DNA of 64,000 nt from Alphaproteobacteria bacterium (GTDB lineage: Bacteria > Pseudomonadota > Alphaproteobacteria > GCA-2731375): positions 864,001 to 928,000 of the forward strand of contig CBDDPY010000002.1 of NCBI GenBank assembly GCA_965232515.1. The letters are read 5' to 3'. Made by a program: the position numbers and the translations under genes. Positions within the stretch are counted from its first letter, which is position 1. Every line of letters begins with the position of its first letter. Below, piece by piece: positions 43,183-54,556 of the stretch. The notes beneath the pieces were generated by a model that worked only from the letters and a program-made list of their open reading frames with translations, did no database searches and had not been told where the DNA came from.

Positions 43183-44406
43183 ATGAGCGTCTCGATCGAC
43201 GACATCCGCCGCGCCGCCGAGCAGTTGCACGGCGCGGTCGTTCGTACGCCTTGCACACATTCGCGGAAAATCTCTGCCATCGTCGGCGCCGATATCTTCG
43301 TCAAATACGAAAACCAGCAATTCACGTCCTCATTCAAGGACCGTGGCGCGTGTGTCAAGCTGTTGAGCCTGTCCGAAGCGCAACGCCGTGCCGGGGTGAT
43401 CGCGATGTCGGCCGGCAATCACGCCCAGGGCGTCGCCTATCACGCGCAGCGCCTCGACGTCCCGGCGACGATCGTCATGCCGCGCGGCACGCCGAACGTG
43501 AAGGTCAGCCAGACATTGGCCTTCGGCGCCGAAGTCCGCCTCGAGGGCGAAACCGTGGAAGACGCGGCGCAATTCGCCGAGACGCTGCAGTCCGAACGCG
43601 GATTGACATTCATTCACCCTTATGACGACGACTGGATCATTGCCGGGCAGGGCACGGCGGCACTCGAGATGTTCGAGGACGTGCCCGACATCGACACGTT
43701 GATCGTACCGATCGGCGGCGGCGGATTGATCGCGGGCGCCGCGCTTGTCGCCGAGGCTCGCGATCCGGCAATCGAGGTCTTCGGAGTCGAGTCCGAGCTC
43801 TATCCGTCGATGCGGCAGATGCTGCAAGGCGAACCGGTCGCCTGCGGCGGCCAGACATTGGCCGAAGGCATCGCCGTGAAAGCGCCCGGCAAGCGCACGC
43901 TGGCGATCGCCAAACGGCTGGTGCGCGATGTCCTGCTGGTTTCCGAGGGCGACATCGAACGGGCGATCTGTCTGTTCCTCGAGGCCGAACGCACCGTCGC
44001 CGAAGGCGCGGGCGCGGCGGGTCTCGCCGCGCTCCTCGCCGATCCCGGCCGCTTTGCCGGACGTCGGCTGGGGTTGATCCTCTGCGGCGGCAACATCGAC
44101 GCCCGCATGCTGGCCTCGCTGCTGATGCGCGCGTTGGTGCGGGACGGCCGGATTGCGCGGCTGCGGATCGAAATCAGCGACCGGCCGGGCACGCTCGCCG
44201 CCGTGTCCGGCCTGGTGGCGGAAACGCAGGCCAACATTCTGGACGTGGCCCACCAGCGCTTGTTCCCCGAACTGCCCGCGAAGCTGGCCGACCTCGACAT
44301 GGTGGTCGAGACCCGCGATCAAGCGCATATCGACGAGATCGTGTCGACGCTCGAAAGCGCCGGCTACACGGTTCGTCTGCTGGAGAACTCGCCGACTGGC
44401 GATTAG
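43183..44406 (+). CDS. Threonine ammonia-lyase with a C-terminal ACT domain
   Basis: SSFKDRGA, SAGNHAQG, AGQGT, PIGGGGL and CGGNID motifs; ACT motif DRPGTLA. Confidence 0.92.
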   Translation: MSVSIDDIRRAAEQLHGAVVRTPCTHSRKISAIVGADIFVKYENQQFTSSFKDRGACVKLLSLSEAQRRAGVIAMSAGNHAQGVAYHAQRLDVPATIVMPRGTPNVKVSQTLAFGAEVRLEGETVEDAAQFAETLQSERGLTFIHPYDDDWIIAGQGTAALEMFEDVPDIDTLIVPIGGGGLIAGAALVAEARDPAIEVFGVESELYPSMRQMLQGEPVACGGQTLAEGIAVKAPGKRTLAIAKRLVRDVLLVSEGDIERAICLFLEAERTVAEGAGAAGLAALLADPGRFAGRRLGLILCGGNIDARMLASLLMRALVRDGRIARLRIEISDRPGTLAAVSGLVAETQANILDVAHQRLFPELPAKLADLDMVVETRDQAHIDEIVSTLESAGYTVRLLENSPTGD

Positions 44407-44894
44407 GCGTCGGTTCCGTCGTCGACCTGGCAGTAACGGCTGCGGAAGTACAGCAGCGGTTCGCCGCCGTCGGAATAATCGGCCCGGACGACCCGGCCGA
44501 TGAAAATCACATGGTCGCCGCCGTCGTGGATCGCCTCTGTGGTGCACTCGAACACCGCGATGGCGTCCGGCAACACCGGGCATCCGGTCTCGCCGGCCTC
44601 ATGCGCGATGCCGTTCCAACGGCTTTCGCCGGGCGTGGCGAACTTCGCGGAAACGGCGACATGCTCCTGGCCCAGGACGTTGACCGCGAACTTGCCGGCC
44701 GACACGTATTCGTCGAAACAGCTTGCGTCCCGGGCCAGGCTGAACAGCACCAACGGTGGATCGAGCGAGACCGAGTTGAACGAGTTGACCGTGACGCCCA
44801 ACCCGTAGCCGTCCGGCCCGACCGTCGAGACGATCGTCACGCCGGTCGCGAACCGTCCCATCGCATCGCGGAAGGCACGTGCGTCCAAACTCAT
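44403..44894 (-). CDS. Flavin reductase family protein
   Basis: FRDAMGRFATGVTIV, SVSLDPPLVL and GGDHVIFIG motifs. Confidence 0.93.
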   Translation of the reverse strand: MSLDARAFRDAMGRFATGVTIVSTVGPDGYGLGVTVNSFNSVSLDPPLVLFSLARDASCFDEYVSAGKFAVNVLGQEHVAVSAKFATPGESRWNGIAHEAGETGCPVLPDAIAVFECTTEAIHDGGDHVIFIGRVVRADYSDGGEPLLYFRSRYCQVDDGTDA

Positions 44895-44913
44895 TTCTGG
44901 AAAATTTTCTCTG

Positions 44914-44990
44914 TTATCAATCCGTTAACCATAATCTGCGATGTACCCCCGGCGGAATTCCAAGTGCTGCATACCTAACCCGATCTTAAC
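44914..44990 (+). promoter_or_regulatory. Two CtrA-like binding sites upstream of motA
   Basis: TTAT-caatccg-TTAACCAT (44914-44932) and CTAA-cccgatc-TTAAC (44975-44990); each is 1 mismatch from TTAA-N7-TTAAC. Confidence 0.6.
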
Positions 44991-45049
44991 CCATTCACGA
45001 CAGCATTCGAGAGTCGGAAGCGGGGGCTTGCTGGGCGGAATTCTGTCTC

Positions 45050-45907
45050 ATGTTTTTTCTGATCGGGCTGGTTATCGTCATTGGCAGCGTGCTGGGCGGC
45101 TACATGCCGCACGGCGATATTCGCGTGCTGTGGCAGCCGTTCGAGGTGCTGATCATCTGCGGTGCGGCCCTGGGCGGCTTCGTGATCGCCAATCCCAAGG
45201 ACGTGATATTCGGCTCGGGCAAACATCTCGGGCGCCTGATGAAGGGCGCGCCGTTTGGCAAGTCGGATTACGTCGAACTGCTGACCATGCAGTATTCGCT
45301 GTTCAAGCTGGCGAAGAGCAAAGGCGCGCTCGCTCTTGAAACGCATATCGAAAATCCGGCCGAAAGCGCGCTCTTCAATGAATATCCCAGCTTCGCCAAG
45401 CAGAACGAAGCCGTCGAATTTCTCTGCGATACCCTTCGCCTCGTGACCATGGGTACGGAAAACGCCCATGAGCTGTCGGAGATGATGGAAGAGGATATCG
45501 AGGCGCGGAAGCATGAGGCGCATACCATTGCGCATGCGATCGGCACGGTCGGCGAGGGTTTGCCGGCCTTCGGTATTGTCGCCGCCGTGCTCGGCGTGAT
45601 CGTGACCATGGGCAGCATCTCCGAGCCGCCGGAGGTCCTGGGCGCGCTGATCGGCGGCGCGCTGGTCGGCACGTTCCTGGGTGTGCTTCTGTCCTATGGC
45701 GTCGTGGGACCGATCAGCTCGAGCCTCAATCACTACTGCGAAGCCGAGTTTCAGTACTACGAGTGCCTGAAGGCCGGCATCCTGGCGCATGTCTCCGGCT
45801 ATGCGCCCGCGGTCTCGATCGAATTCGCTCGCAAGATGCTGACGGCGCACGAACGGCCGACATTCGCCGAGCTGGAAGAGGCCGTCTCCAACGCGGCGCC
45901 GGTCTAA
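45050..45907 (+). CDS. motA: Flagellar motor stator protein MotA
   Basis: LWQPFEVLIICGAA, LPAFGIVAAVLG, ALVGTFLG, IEFARK and RPTFAELE motifs. Confidence 0.96.
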   Translation: MFFLIGLVIVIGSVLGGYMPHGDIRVLWQPFEVLIICGAALGGFVIANPKDVIFGSGKHLGRLMKGAPFGKSDYVELLTMQYSLFKLAKSKGALALETHIENPAESALFNEYPSFAKQNEAVEFLCDTLRLVTMGTENAHELSEMMEEDIEARKHEAHTIAHAIGTVGEGLPAFGIVAAVLGVIVTMGSISEPPEVLGALIGGALVGTFLGVLLSYGVVGPISSSLNHYCEAEFQYYECLKAGILAHVSGYAPAVSIEFARKMLTAHERPTFAELEEAVSNAAPV

Positions 45908-45927
45908 CGACGACACGGCGCTGAACC

Positions 45928-46833
45928 ATGTCGGAAGGCCAAAACGAATCGACGATTATCGTCAAGAAGATCATCAAGGGCGGCGGCCATCACGGCGGCG
46001 CCTGGAAGGTCGCCTATGCCGACTTCGTGACCGCGATGATGGCCTTCTTTCTGCTGTTGTGGCTGTTGAACGTGACGACGGACGAGCAGAAGGCCGGCCT
46101 CGCCGACTATTTCGCCCCGACCGTCGCCAGCCAATCCACCAGCGGCTCCGGCGGCCTTCTTGGCGGCACGACCATGTCGCCGGACGGCGCCCGCATCTCG
46201 CGCACCGCCCCGCCGACCATCGTCGTCGAGCTGACGCCGCCGAAACAGCGGAACCCCGGTGACGGCGAAGCCGAATCCGGCACGGGCAGCGAAATCGACG
46301 AAGCCGAGCTGCTGAACCGCATTGCCGAGCGCGAGCGCCAGCAGTTCCGCGAAGCGGAGGAGATGCTGCGGCAGGCAATCCAGGAAGTGCCCGATCTGGC
46401 CGATCTGAAGAAAAACCTGATCGTCGACAACACGCCCGAGGGCATGCGCATCCAGATCGTCGACCAGCACAAGCAGTCCATGTTCTCTAGCGGCAGCGCC
46501 GACATGAACCCCACGACCGAGAAGCTGATGAAGACCATCGCCGACGTGGTGATGCGCCTGCCGAACCGCATCGCCATCTCCGGACACACGGATTCGACGC
46601 CGTTCCGGACCGCCAACGGCTATACCAACTGGGAACTGTCGTCCGATCGCGCAAACGCCAGCCGCCGGGCCCTGATCGACGCCGGCCTACCGCCCGACCG
46701 GATCGCCTCGGTCAGCGGCAAGGCCGATACCGAACCGTTGATCCCCGAAGATCCCAGCCTGCCGAGCAACCGGCGTATCAGCATCGTCATGCTGCGCGAG
46801 GCGCCCGTTCTGCCGCCCGACGCCGGCCGCTAA
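45928..46833 (+). CDS. motB: Flagellar motor stator protein MotB
   Basis: HGGAWKVAYADFVTAMMAFF; OmpA-like domain with GHTD, NWELS and NRRI motifs. Confidence 0.96.
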   Translation: MSEGQNESTIIVKKIIKGGGHHGGAWKVAYADFVTAMMAFFLLLWLLNVTTDEQKAGLADYFAPTVASQSTSGSGGLLGGTTMSPDGARISRTAPPTIVVELTPPKQRNPGDGEAESGTGSEIDEAELLNRIAERERQQFREAEEMLRQAIQEVPDLADLKKNLIVDNTPEGMRIQIVDQHKQSMFSSGSADMNPTTEKLMKTIADVVMRLPNRIAISGHTDSTPFRTANGYTNWELSSDRANASRRALIDAGLPPDRIASVSGKADTEPLIPEDPSLPSNRRISIVMLREAPVLPPDAGR

Positions 46834-46926
46834 AACCTTCCATCCGGACAGAAACGAAGAAAATCCGTTTGCGGCCCATCTCCACCGCCCCTAAATCTCC
46901 AGCATATTGAGACGGAGGAGGGGAGA

Positions 46927-47454
46927 TTGAATACGCAGCCCGCACCGGTCCTTCAGACAACCCGATATCACTGGCAGGGCGAGGCGCCGGATCCGGTCGC
47001 CATTCCGGCGCTGTTCGAGGGCACGCGCTGGCGTCGGGTCGTGGCCTACCTGATCGACGTCTTTATCGTCGTGTGTCTGGCCGGCCTGCTCTGGCTGGCC
47101 GGATCGGTTTTCATCGTGCTCACCCTCGGCGCACTGACGCCATTGGTCGTGATCTGCGCGGCTCTGCTGCCCATCGCCTATCACACCTTCTTTATCGGCG
47201 GACCGCGGAACGCCACGCTCGGCATGCAGATGATGGATCTGCGGGTCGTGGCCTGGAACGGCAACCGGCCGAGCTATCTGCAGGCGGCAATCCAGACGGC
47301 GCTGTTCTATCTGACGGTGCCGACCACGAACGGCCTGATCCTGCTGGTTTCGCTGTTCAACGATCGCGGCCGCTGCGTGCACGAGATGCTGTGCGGTACC
47401 TTGACCATCAACGACCTGGTGCTGCCCGAGATCGAGGGCCCGCGCGACCGCTAG
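46927..47454 (+). CDS. RDD family protein
   Basis: WRRVVAYLID and ATLGMQMMDLRVV motifs; TTG start after a GGAGGAGG SD. Confidence 0.87.
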   Translation: MNTQPAPVLQTTRYHWQGEAPDPVAIPALFEGTRWRRVVAYLIDVFIVVCLAGLLWLAGSVFIVLTLGALTPLVVICAALLPIAYHTFFIGGPRNATLGMQMMDLRVVAWNGNRPSYLQAAIQTALFYLTVPTTNGLILLVSLFNDRGRCVHEMLCGTLTINDLVLPEIEGPRDR

Positions 47455-48734
47455 AGCAGATCGCGCAGCCGATACCAGCTCGTCGCCAACACCAGCAGCG
47501 GCCGACGGAGCAGCGCGCCGCCCGGAAACCGCTTGTGCGGAATGCGGGCGAACACGTCGAACCGCTCCGCGGTGCCCGCAACCAGTTCGGCCAGGATCTG
47601 GCCGGCGAGGCAGGTCAGCGTGACGCCCTGACCGGAAAATCCGTGCACGTAGAAGATCCTGTCGGAGAGCCGACCGAAGCGCGGCAGGCGGTTTCGGGTA
47701 ATCGCCACGTGACCGCCCCAGACATGGGCAAGGCTGACATCAGCGAGCTGCGGGAAGGTGGCCAGAATGCGCCGCTGCATGGCGGCGGCGAGGTCGCGCG
47801 GGTCGCGGCCGTGATAGGCGACCCGGCCACCGAACAACAGGCGCCGGTCCTCGGACAGCCGAAAATAGTCCAGCACAATGTTCGTGTCCGACACGCAGAG
47901 ATCGCCGGGCATCAACGCCCCGGCCCGCTCCGCACTCAGCGGTTCGGTTGCGGCGATATAGGTGCCGATCGGCATGATCTCGCCGCGCATGTTCGGCGGC
48001 ATCGGTTCGAGATAGGCATTGCCGCACAGCAGTAAGTGATCGGCCCGGACCGAACCGTCGTCGGTTTGGACCGTGACGGTCTCTCCATCCGTGAAGCACC
48101 GTGCCGCTGTCTGCTCGTAAATCTGCACGCCGGCGTCGGCGGCGGCCCGGGCGAGGCCGAGACAGAGCTTCAAGGGGTTCAGGTGCCCGCTGCCGAGGTC
48201 GCGCAGCCCGCCGACGAAACGCGGGCTGTCGACCAGTTGTCGGACCCCGTCGACATCGACCAGATCGGCCTTGTCGTAGCCCCAGCGCCCGGCGACCAGG
48301 TCCAGCTCCTCGGCTAGCTCGGGCATGTGGCGGGGCTTGGTCGCCGCCAGCAGATAGCCGTCGCGGCGGCCGCAATCGATGCAATGGCGGTCGATCAACG
48401 CCTGCTGCAGACGCATGGCCTTCAGGCTGAAATCCCATAGGCGCCGTGCATCCGCTTCACCCACCAGCTCCAGGACCCGAACCATGCCCGGCGAATAGCC
48501 CAGCAGGGCCTGGCCGCCGTTACGCCCCGATCCGCCCCAGCCAATCCGGTTCGCCTCCAACAGCGCCACCTGATAGCCGCGCTCGGCCAGGTGCAGCGCC
48601 GCCGACAGGCCGGTGAACCCGCCGCCAACGACGCAGACATCGACCCTCCGGTCGCCCGCCAGCGCCGCGAACTGCGGCTGCGGCGACGTGGAAACAGCGT
48701 AGAAGGAGTCGACGTGCTCGGCCCGAGCCGTCAA
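47451..48734 (-). CDS. FAD-dependent oxidoreductase, PuuB/OrdL (gamma-glutamylputrescine oxidase)-like
   Basis: VVGGGFTGL, GGSGRNGG, GHLNPL, LDYFR, WGG and GFSGQG motifs. Confidence 0.88.
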   Translation of the reverse strand: MTARAEHVDSFYAVSTSPQPQFAALAGDRRVDVCVVGGGFTGLSAALHLAERGYQVALLEANRIGWGGSGRNGGQALLGYSPGMVRVLELVGEADARRLWDFSLKAMRLQQALIDRHCIDCGRRDGYLLAATKPRHMPELAEELDLVAGRWGYDKADLVDVDGVRQLVDSPRFVGGLRDLGSGHLNPLKLCLGLARAAADAGVQIYEQTAARCFTDGETVTVQTDDGSVRADHLLLCGNAYLEPMPPNMRGEIMPIGTYIAATEPLSAERAGALMPGDLCVSDTNIVLDYFRLSEDRRLLFGGRVAYHGRDPRDLAAAMQRRILATFPQLADVSLAHVWGGHVAITRNRLPRFGRLSDRIFYVHGFSGQGVTLTCLAGQILAELVAGTAERFDVFARIPHKRFPGGALLRRPLLVLATSWYRLRDLL

Positions 48735-51124
48735 TTGGGCCTCAGGATCAGCGTGCCCATGGCGCCGGGCTCGAAATCGCTGCGACGCGTCGTCATTGGC
48801 AGATATTCGCCGTTGCTCCAGGGCTCGGCGAAGTTCCGGTAGAGCGGCGACAGGATATTGCCGGACTGACCGGTGGAATGCATGAACAGCGAGCGGTCCG
48901 GATCGTCAAGGTCGTAGATCGCTCGCAAGCTGGCCGCGTGCACGTTGGCGAAGGGCGCGGCGGCGTCGTTCAGCCGATGCTGGCCGACATTGACCGTATA
49001 GGTGCCGCCCGGCGTCGGCACCTTGATATCGAACAGCCGTGCCAGATAGCTCACTTGCGAAAACGGCCGGTGCTTGCCATGCGCGTAGTGCGCATCGCCC
49101 CAGCGCCATTTTTCGGGATCGTCGCCGTAATGCTCGGCGATCCAATCCATTGCCAGCTCCAGCGCGCGGACGATCTGTTCGTCACAGGTTTCACGACTGT
49201 CGGTCGGCACTTCGTTGCACCAGATGTCCTGGCCGTTCTCCAGTACGTTGCGTACGAAACGGACCCGCTTGCGCCAGGCGCCTTGGAACAGATCGCCCAG
49301 CTCGTCGGCATAGATCAGGCGGGTCAGTTCGCGGTACCAGGCGCTGAAGATCAACGGCTCGGCGGCGTCGCGCCGCATGACCCCGTCCCAGGCCGAGAGC
49401 CGCGCATGCGCCCGGCGCGCCGTCTCCGTTCGCGGCGCCGGGCGTAGCAGCCGCGGCAACAGTTCCTGCGCCATCAGTGATGTCACGTCGGCCTGCAGTG
49501 CCTTGAAGCTCTCGATCGAATGCCGGTCGCGGGCGACCAGCAACTGCCGAATCCGTCGCACGCGGTAGTCGTCGGCCCACTCGTAGGTCAGGTGATAGGG
49601 ATAGTCATCGCGCACGATCTTGTGGTTCGCCGTGGCGATCATGCCGTCGCGCGGATTGAACCGGCGAGGCAGGTCGTCGAACGGAATGAAGCCGGTCCAG
49701 TCGTAGGTCGCATCCCAGCCGGGCTGCGGCATCATGCCCTTAATGCGGTTCGTCCGTTTGCGGACCGGTACCCGGGCCGGCGCGGCGAAACCGATATTGC
49801 CGTCGATGTCGGCATAGACGATGTTCTGCTGCGGCCCGTGGAAATCGGTCAGCGCATCTTTGAACTCGGCCCAGTTCTGCGCCAGCGCCAGCTTGAGGCC
49901 GCCCTGCGCGGTCATGTCGTCGTCCCGCAAAGCCGTCCAGGCCAGCGACAGCACATGGTCCTCGGGCACGGCAGACGCGGCACGGCGCGACGCGTCGGAG
50001 ATCACCGGGCCGTGCCGCGTCTCGCGCACGTCGATGACGATATCCTCGCCATCCTTGACCTTGATGATTTCCTGCCGCGTCTCGAACGCCCGCGAACCGC
50101 CGGGCGCCATGTATTTGTTCGGGTCGTCCGGGTCGAGCCGTTCGACATAGAGGTCCTGCACGTCGGGATTCGTGTTCGTGAAGCCCCAGGCGATCTTGCG
50201 GTTGCGGCCGAGCACCACCGAGGGCAGGCCCGGGAAAGTGGCGCCGATCAGATCGTTGTCGGGCCAGCTCAAATGCGCGAAATACCAGACCGACGGTACG
50301 GTCAGGCCGAGATGCGGATCGTTCGCCAGCAGTGGCTTGCCGGTGGCCGTGCGGCTGCCGCCGACAACCCAGTTGTTGGAGCCGGCGCCTTCGCCCAGCG
50401 GATGCACGGAATCGTCCCACAACGCGGCCAGGATCGAGTCCGAGATCAGGCCGCCGGAAGCGCGGGCGGCGGCGACGCCCCGCAGGCCCTCGCGGCCATA
50501 GGGCGCGAAGAACTGACTCAGCTGCGTGTCGCTCAACCGGTCCGCCAGGCGATAGCGCAACAGCTCCGATGTCCAGTTGGCGGCGAGATCGAGCGCCATA
50601 ACCTTGGTCCAGGTCAGGCTGTCGGCGACGGTCCAGGGCTCGGGCTCTATGCCGACCAGCAGAAACTCGAGCGGCAGCGGCCCGCTGCGCTGTTCCAGGA
50701 AGGCATTCACGCCCGCCGTATAGGCGTCGAACATCGCTCGAGTCTCGGGCTCGAATTTATCGAACGCGGCGATGGCGTGGCGGCGCAATCCCAGAGTGCG
50801 TAGGAATACATCATGGCCCACGGTCGCGGCGCCGAGCGCCTCCGACAGCCGTCCGGCGCCGATGCGCCGGTTCATCTCCATCTGCCAGAGCCGGTCCTGG
50901 GCGTGCACGAAGCCGAGGCCGAAGGCGGCATCGTCCCTGGTCTCGGCGAAGATATGCGGCACGCCATGACGATCGCGGACGATTTCGATCGGCCGTTCGA
51001 GGTTCGCCAGCTCGATCTCGCCGTCGACATCGGGCAGCGATCCGCGCAGCCAGAAATAGCCACCGGCGACGAGCAACACGATGGCCGCGACCACGCCAAT
51101 CAGTCCGCGCAGGACCCACTTCAT
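48731..51124 (-). CDS. Penicillin acylase family Ntn-hydrolase (AHL-acylase-like)
   Basis: N-terminal TM, RDRHGVPHI, HAQDRLWQME, G/SNNW autocleavage nucleophile, ANDPHL and GQSGN motifs. Confidence 0.93.
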   Translation of the reverse strand: MKWVLRGLIGVVAAIVLLVAGGYFWLRGSLPDVDGEIELANLERPIEIVRDRHGVPHIFAETRDDAAFGLGFVHAQDRLWQMEMNRRIGAGRLSEALGAATVGHDVFLRTLGLRRHAIAAFDKFEPETRAMFDAYTAGVNAFLEQRSGPLPLEFLLVGIEPEPWTVADSLTWTKVMALDLAANWTSELLRYRLADRLSDTQLSQFFAPYGREGLRGVAAARASGGLISDSILAALWDDSVHPLGEGAGSNNWVVGGSRTATGKPLLANDPHLGLTVPSVWYFAHLSWPDNDLIGATFPGLPSVVLGRNRKIAWGFTNTNPDVQDLYVERLDPDDPNKYMAPGGSRAFETRQEIIKVKDGEDIVIDVRETRHGPVISDASRRAASAVPEDHVLSLAWTALRDDDMTAQGGLKLALAQNWAEFKDALTDFHGPQQNIVYADIDGNIGFAAPARVPVRKRTNRIKGMMPQPGWDATYDWTGFIPFDDLPRRFNPRDGMIATANHKIVRDDYPYHLTYEWADDYRVRRIRQLLVARDRHSIESFKALQADVTSLMAQELLPRLLRPAPRTETARRAHARLSAWDGVMRRDAAEPLIFSAWYRELTRLIYADELGDLFQGAWRKRVRFVRNVLENGQDIWCNEVPTDSRETCDEQIVRALELAMDWIAEHYGDDPEKWRWGDAHYAHGKHRPFSQVSYLARLFDIKVPTPGGTYTVNVGQHRLNDAAAPFANVHAASLRAIYDLDDPDRSLFMHSTGQSGNILSPLYRNFAEPWSNGEYLPMTTRRSDFEPGAMGTLILRPN

Positions 51125-51282
51125 TTGCGTTCAATCCCCACTCGAACCGCGCTAACAGACGCGATTCGACCGGTGATGGCAAGGACGGGTTTCGGCTCCG
51201 GGCGTTCCGGTGTAGAACACCTGCACGATCCAGTCGGGCGCCGGCAGCCGCGCCCGTTCCGCAAAATAACGGGAGAGGCATC

Positions 51283-52167
51283 ATGGGTGAGAAGGTCGCG
51301 TTTATCGGGCTCGGCGTGATGGGTTATCCGATGGCCGGCCACCTGGCCGCCAAGGGTCACGACGTCGCGGTCTACAACCGGACCCAAGCCAAGGCCGAGA
51401 AATGGGCCGGCGAGCATGGCGGCCGGGCCGCCGCCACGCCGCGCGAAGCGGCCGAAGGCGCTTCGGTCGTCTTCTCCTGCGTCGGCGCCGACAACGACCT
51501 GCGCGAGGTGGTCTACGGCGACGACGGTATTTTTGCCGGCATGGCCGTTGGCGCCATCTACTGCGACCATACGACGGCGTCAGCCGATGTCGCCCGTGAA
51601 CTCTACGGCGCCGCCAAGGAACGCGGCCTCGGCTGTCTCGACGCGCCGGTCTCGGGCGGTCAGGCGGGCGCCGAGAACGGCGTACTGACGGTCATGGTCG
51701 GCGGCGATCAGGCCGACTACGACAAGGCGGAGCCCGCAATCCAGTGCTTTGCCCGACAGGTCAAGCTACTCGGGCCGGCCGGCGCCGGCCAGCTCACCAA
51801 GATGGTCAACCAGATCTGCATCGCCGGCATTGTCCAGGGCTTTTCGGAAGCCCTGAACTTCGCGGTGCAGGCCGGTCTCAACGGCGAGGAAGTTGTCGAG
51901 GTGATCTCCAAGGGCGCCGCTCAGTCCTGGCAGATGGAAAACCGCTACAAGACCATGCTGGCCGACGAGTACGAGCATGGCTTCGCCGTGCAATGGATGC
52001 GCAAGGACCTCGGCATCTGCATGGCGCAGGCGAAGAAGATGGGAACCTCGCTGCCGCTGACGGCGCTGGTCGACCAGTTCTATGCCGAGGTCGAGGCCAT
52101 GGGCGGCACGCGCTGGGACACCTCGTCCCTGATGGCCCGCATGGTCAAGGCCAACCCGCCGAAATAG
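51283..52167 (+). CDS. NAD(P)-dependent beta-hydroxyacid dehydrogenase
   Basis: FIGLGVMGYPMA, DAPVSGGQAGA, KMVNQ and MRKDL motifs. Confidence 0.92.
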   Translation: MGEKVAFIGLGVMGYPMAGHLAAKGHDVAVYNRTQAKAEKWAGEHGGRAAATPREAAEGASVVFSCVGADNDLREVVYGDDGIFAGMAVGAIYCDHTTASADVARELYGAAKERGLGCLDAPVSGGQAGAENGVLTVMVGGDQADYDKAEPAIQCFARQVKLLGPAGAGQLTKMVNQICIAGIVQGFSEALNFAVQAGLNGEEVVEVISKGAAQSWQMENRYKTMLADEYEHGFAVQWMRKDLGICMAQAKKMGTSLPLTALVDQFYAEVEAMGGTRWDTSSLMARMVKANPPK

Positions 52168-52171
52168 CCGG

Positions 52172-53284
<1,113 letters not shown>

Positions 53285-53349
53285 TCATACTATGACCGCG
53301 TTAACGGCCTGACAACGCGGCGTGATGGCGCGGCGCGCGGGCGCGTCGA

Positions 53350-53378
53350 TTGACAGCCGCCGGGGCGTCGCTTATCGC
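53350..53378 (+). promoter_or_regulatory. Putative sigma70 promoter of the valine-catabolism operon
   Basis: Consensus TTGACA-N17-TATCGC. Confidence 0.55.
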
Positions 53379-53416
53379 TTGGACCGCAACGCGTTTGAGC
53401 CGACAGGGCCGACTTC

Positions 53417-54556
53417 ATGGATTTCGAACTGAGCGAAGAGCAGCGCGCCTTCCAGGACATGGCGCGGCAATTCGCAAGCGAGCAGATGGCGCCGCACGCC
53501 GAGGAATGGGACGCCAAGTCGATCTTCCCGGTCGACGCCCTGCGCGCGGCCGCCGCCCTCGGCTTCGGCGGCATCTATGTGCGCGACGACGTCGGCGGCT
53601 CCGGTCTCGGACGGCTCGACGCCACCATCATCTTCGAAGAGCTGTCGGCCGGCTGCACTTCCACCGCGGCCTATATCTCGATCCATAACATGGCCGCCTG
53701 GATGATCGACCGCTATGGCAACGACGACCAGCGCCAGAAGTGGCTGCCGGATCTTTGCAGCATGGCGCACTTCGCCAGCTATTGCCTTACGGAGCCGAAT
53801 TCGGGCTCGGACGCGGCCAGCCTGCGCACCAAGGCCGTGCGCGACGGCGACGACTATGTGCTGAATGGCAGCAAGGCCTTCATTTCCGGCGGCTCCACGT
53901 CCGACATCTACGTCTGCATGGTGCGCACCGGCGACGACGGCCCGGGCGGCATCAGCTGCCTCGTCGTCGAGAAGGACACGCCGGGCCTGTCGTTCGGCGC
54001 GCTGGAAAAGAAGATGGGCTGGCACTCGCAGCCGACGGCAATGGTGATCTTCGAGGACTGCCGGGTGCCGGTCGCCAACCGCATCGGCGAAGAGGGCGAC
54101 GGCTTCAAGATCGCCATGCAGGGTCTCGACGGCGGCCGGCTCAATATCGCCGCCTGCTCGCTGGGCGCCGCCCAGGCGAGCCTCGACGAGTCTCGCGAAT
54201 ACATGTCCAACCGTCAGCAGTTCGGCCGCGAGCTGAGCCAGTTCCAGGCCCTGCAGTTCCGCATCGCCGACATGGCGACCGAGCTCGAGGCCGCGCGCCT
54301 GATGCTGCGCCGGGCCGCCGCCAAGGTCGATGCCAAGGCGACGGACGCCACGCTGCACGCCGCCATGGCCAAGCGTTTCGCCACCGACGTCGGCTTCAAC
54401 GTGGTTAACGAGGCGTTACAGCTCCACGGCGGCTACGGCTATCTCAGCGACTACGGCATCGAGCGCCGGCTGCGCGACGTCCGCGTGCACCAGATCCTGG
54501 AAGGCACCAACGAGATCATGCGGGTGATCATCGCCCGCCAGATGCTGTCGTCATGA
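53417..54556 (+). CDS. Isobutyryl-CoA dehydrogenase (acyl-CoA dehydrogenase)
   Basis: [28 protein letters not shown] and [14 protein letters not shown] motifs; operon context with mmsB. Confidence 0.92.
   Translation: MDFELSEEQRAFQDMARQFASEQMAPHAEEWDAKSIFPVDALRAAAALGFGGIYVRDDVGGSGLGRLDATIIFEELSAGCTSTAAYISIHNMAAWMIDRYGNDDQRQKWLPDLCSMAHFASYCLTEPNSGSDAASLRTKAVRDGDDYVLNGSKAFISGGSTSDIYVCMVRTGDDGPGGISCLVVEKDTPGLSFGALEKKMGWHSQPTAMVIFEDCRVPVANRIGEEGDGFKIAMQGLDGGRLNIAACSLGAAQASLDESREYMSNRQQFGRELSQFQALQFRIADMATELEAARLMLRRAAAKVDAKATDATLHAAMAKRFATDVGFNVVNEALQLHGGYGYLSDYGIERRLRDVRVHQILEGTNEIMRVIIARQMLSS

Noticed and set aside
45050-46833. motAB as Zorya-type defence genes (ZorAB)
   Set aside because: The lengths and motifs are those of canonical flagellar MotA/MotB. 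There is no long ZorA tail and no effector genes.
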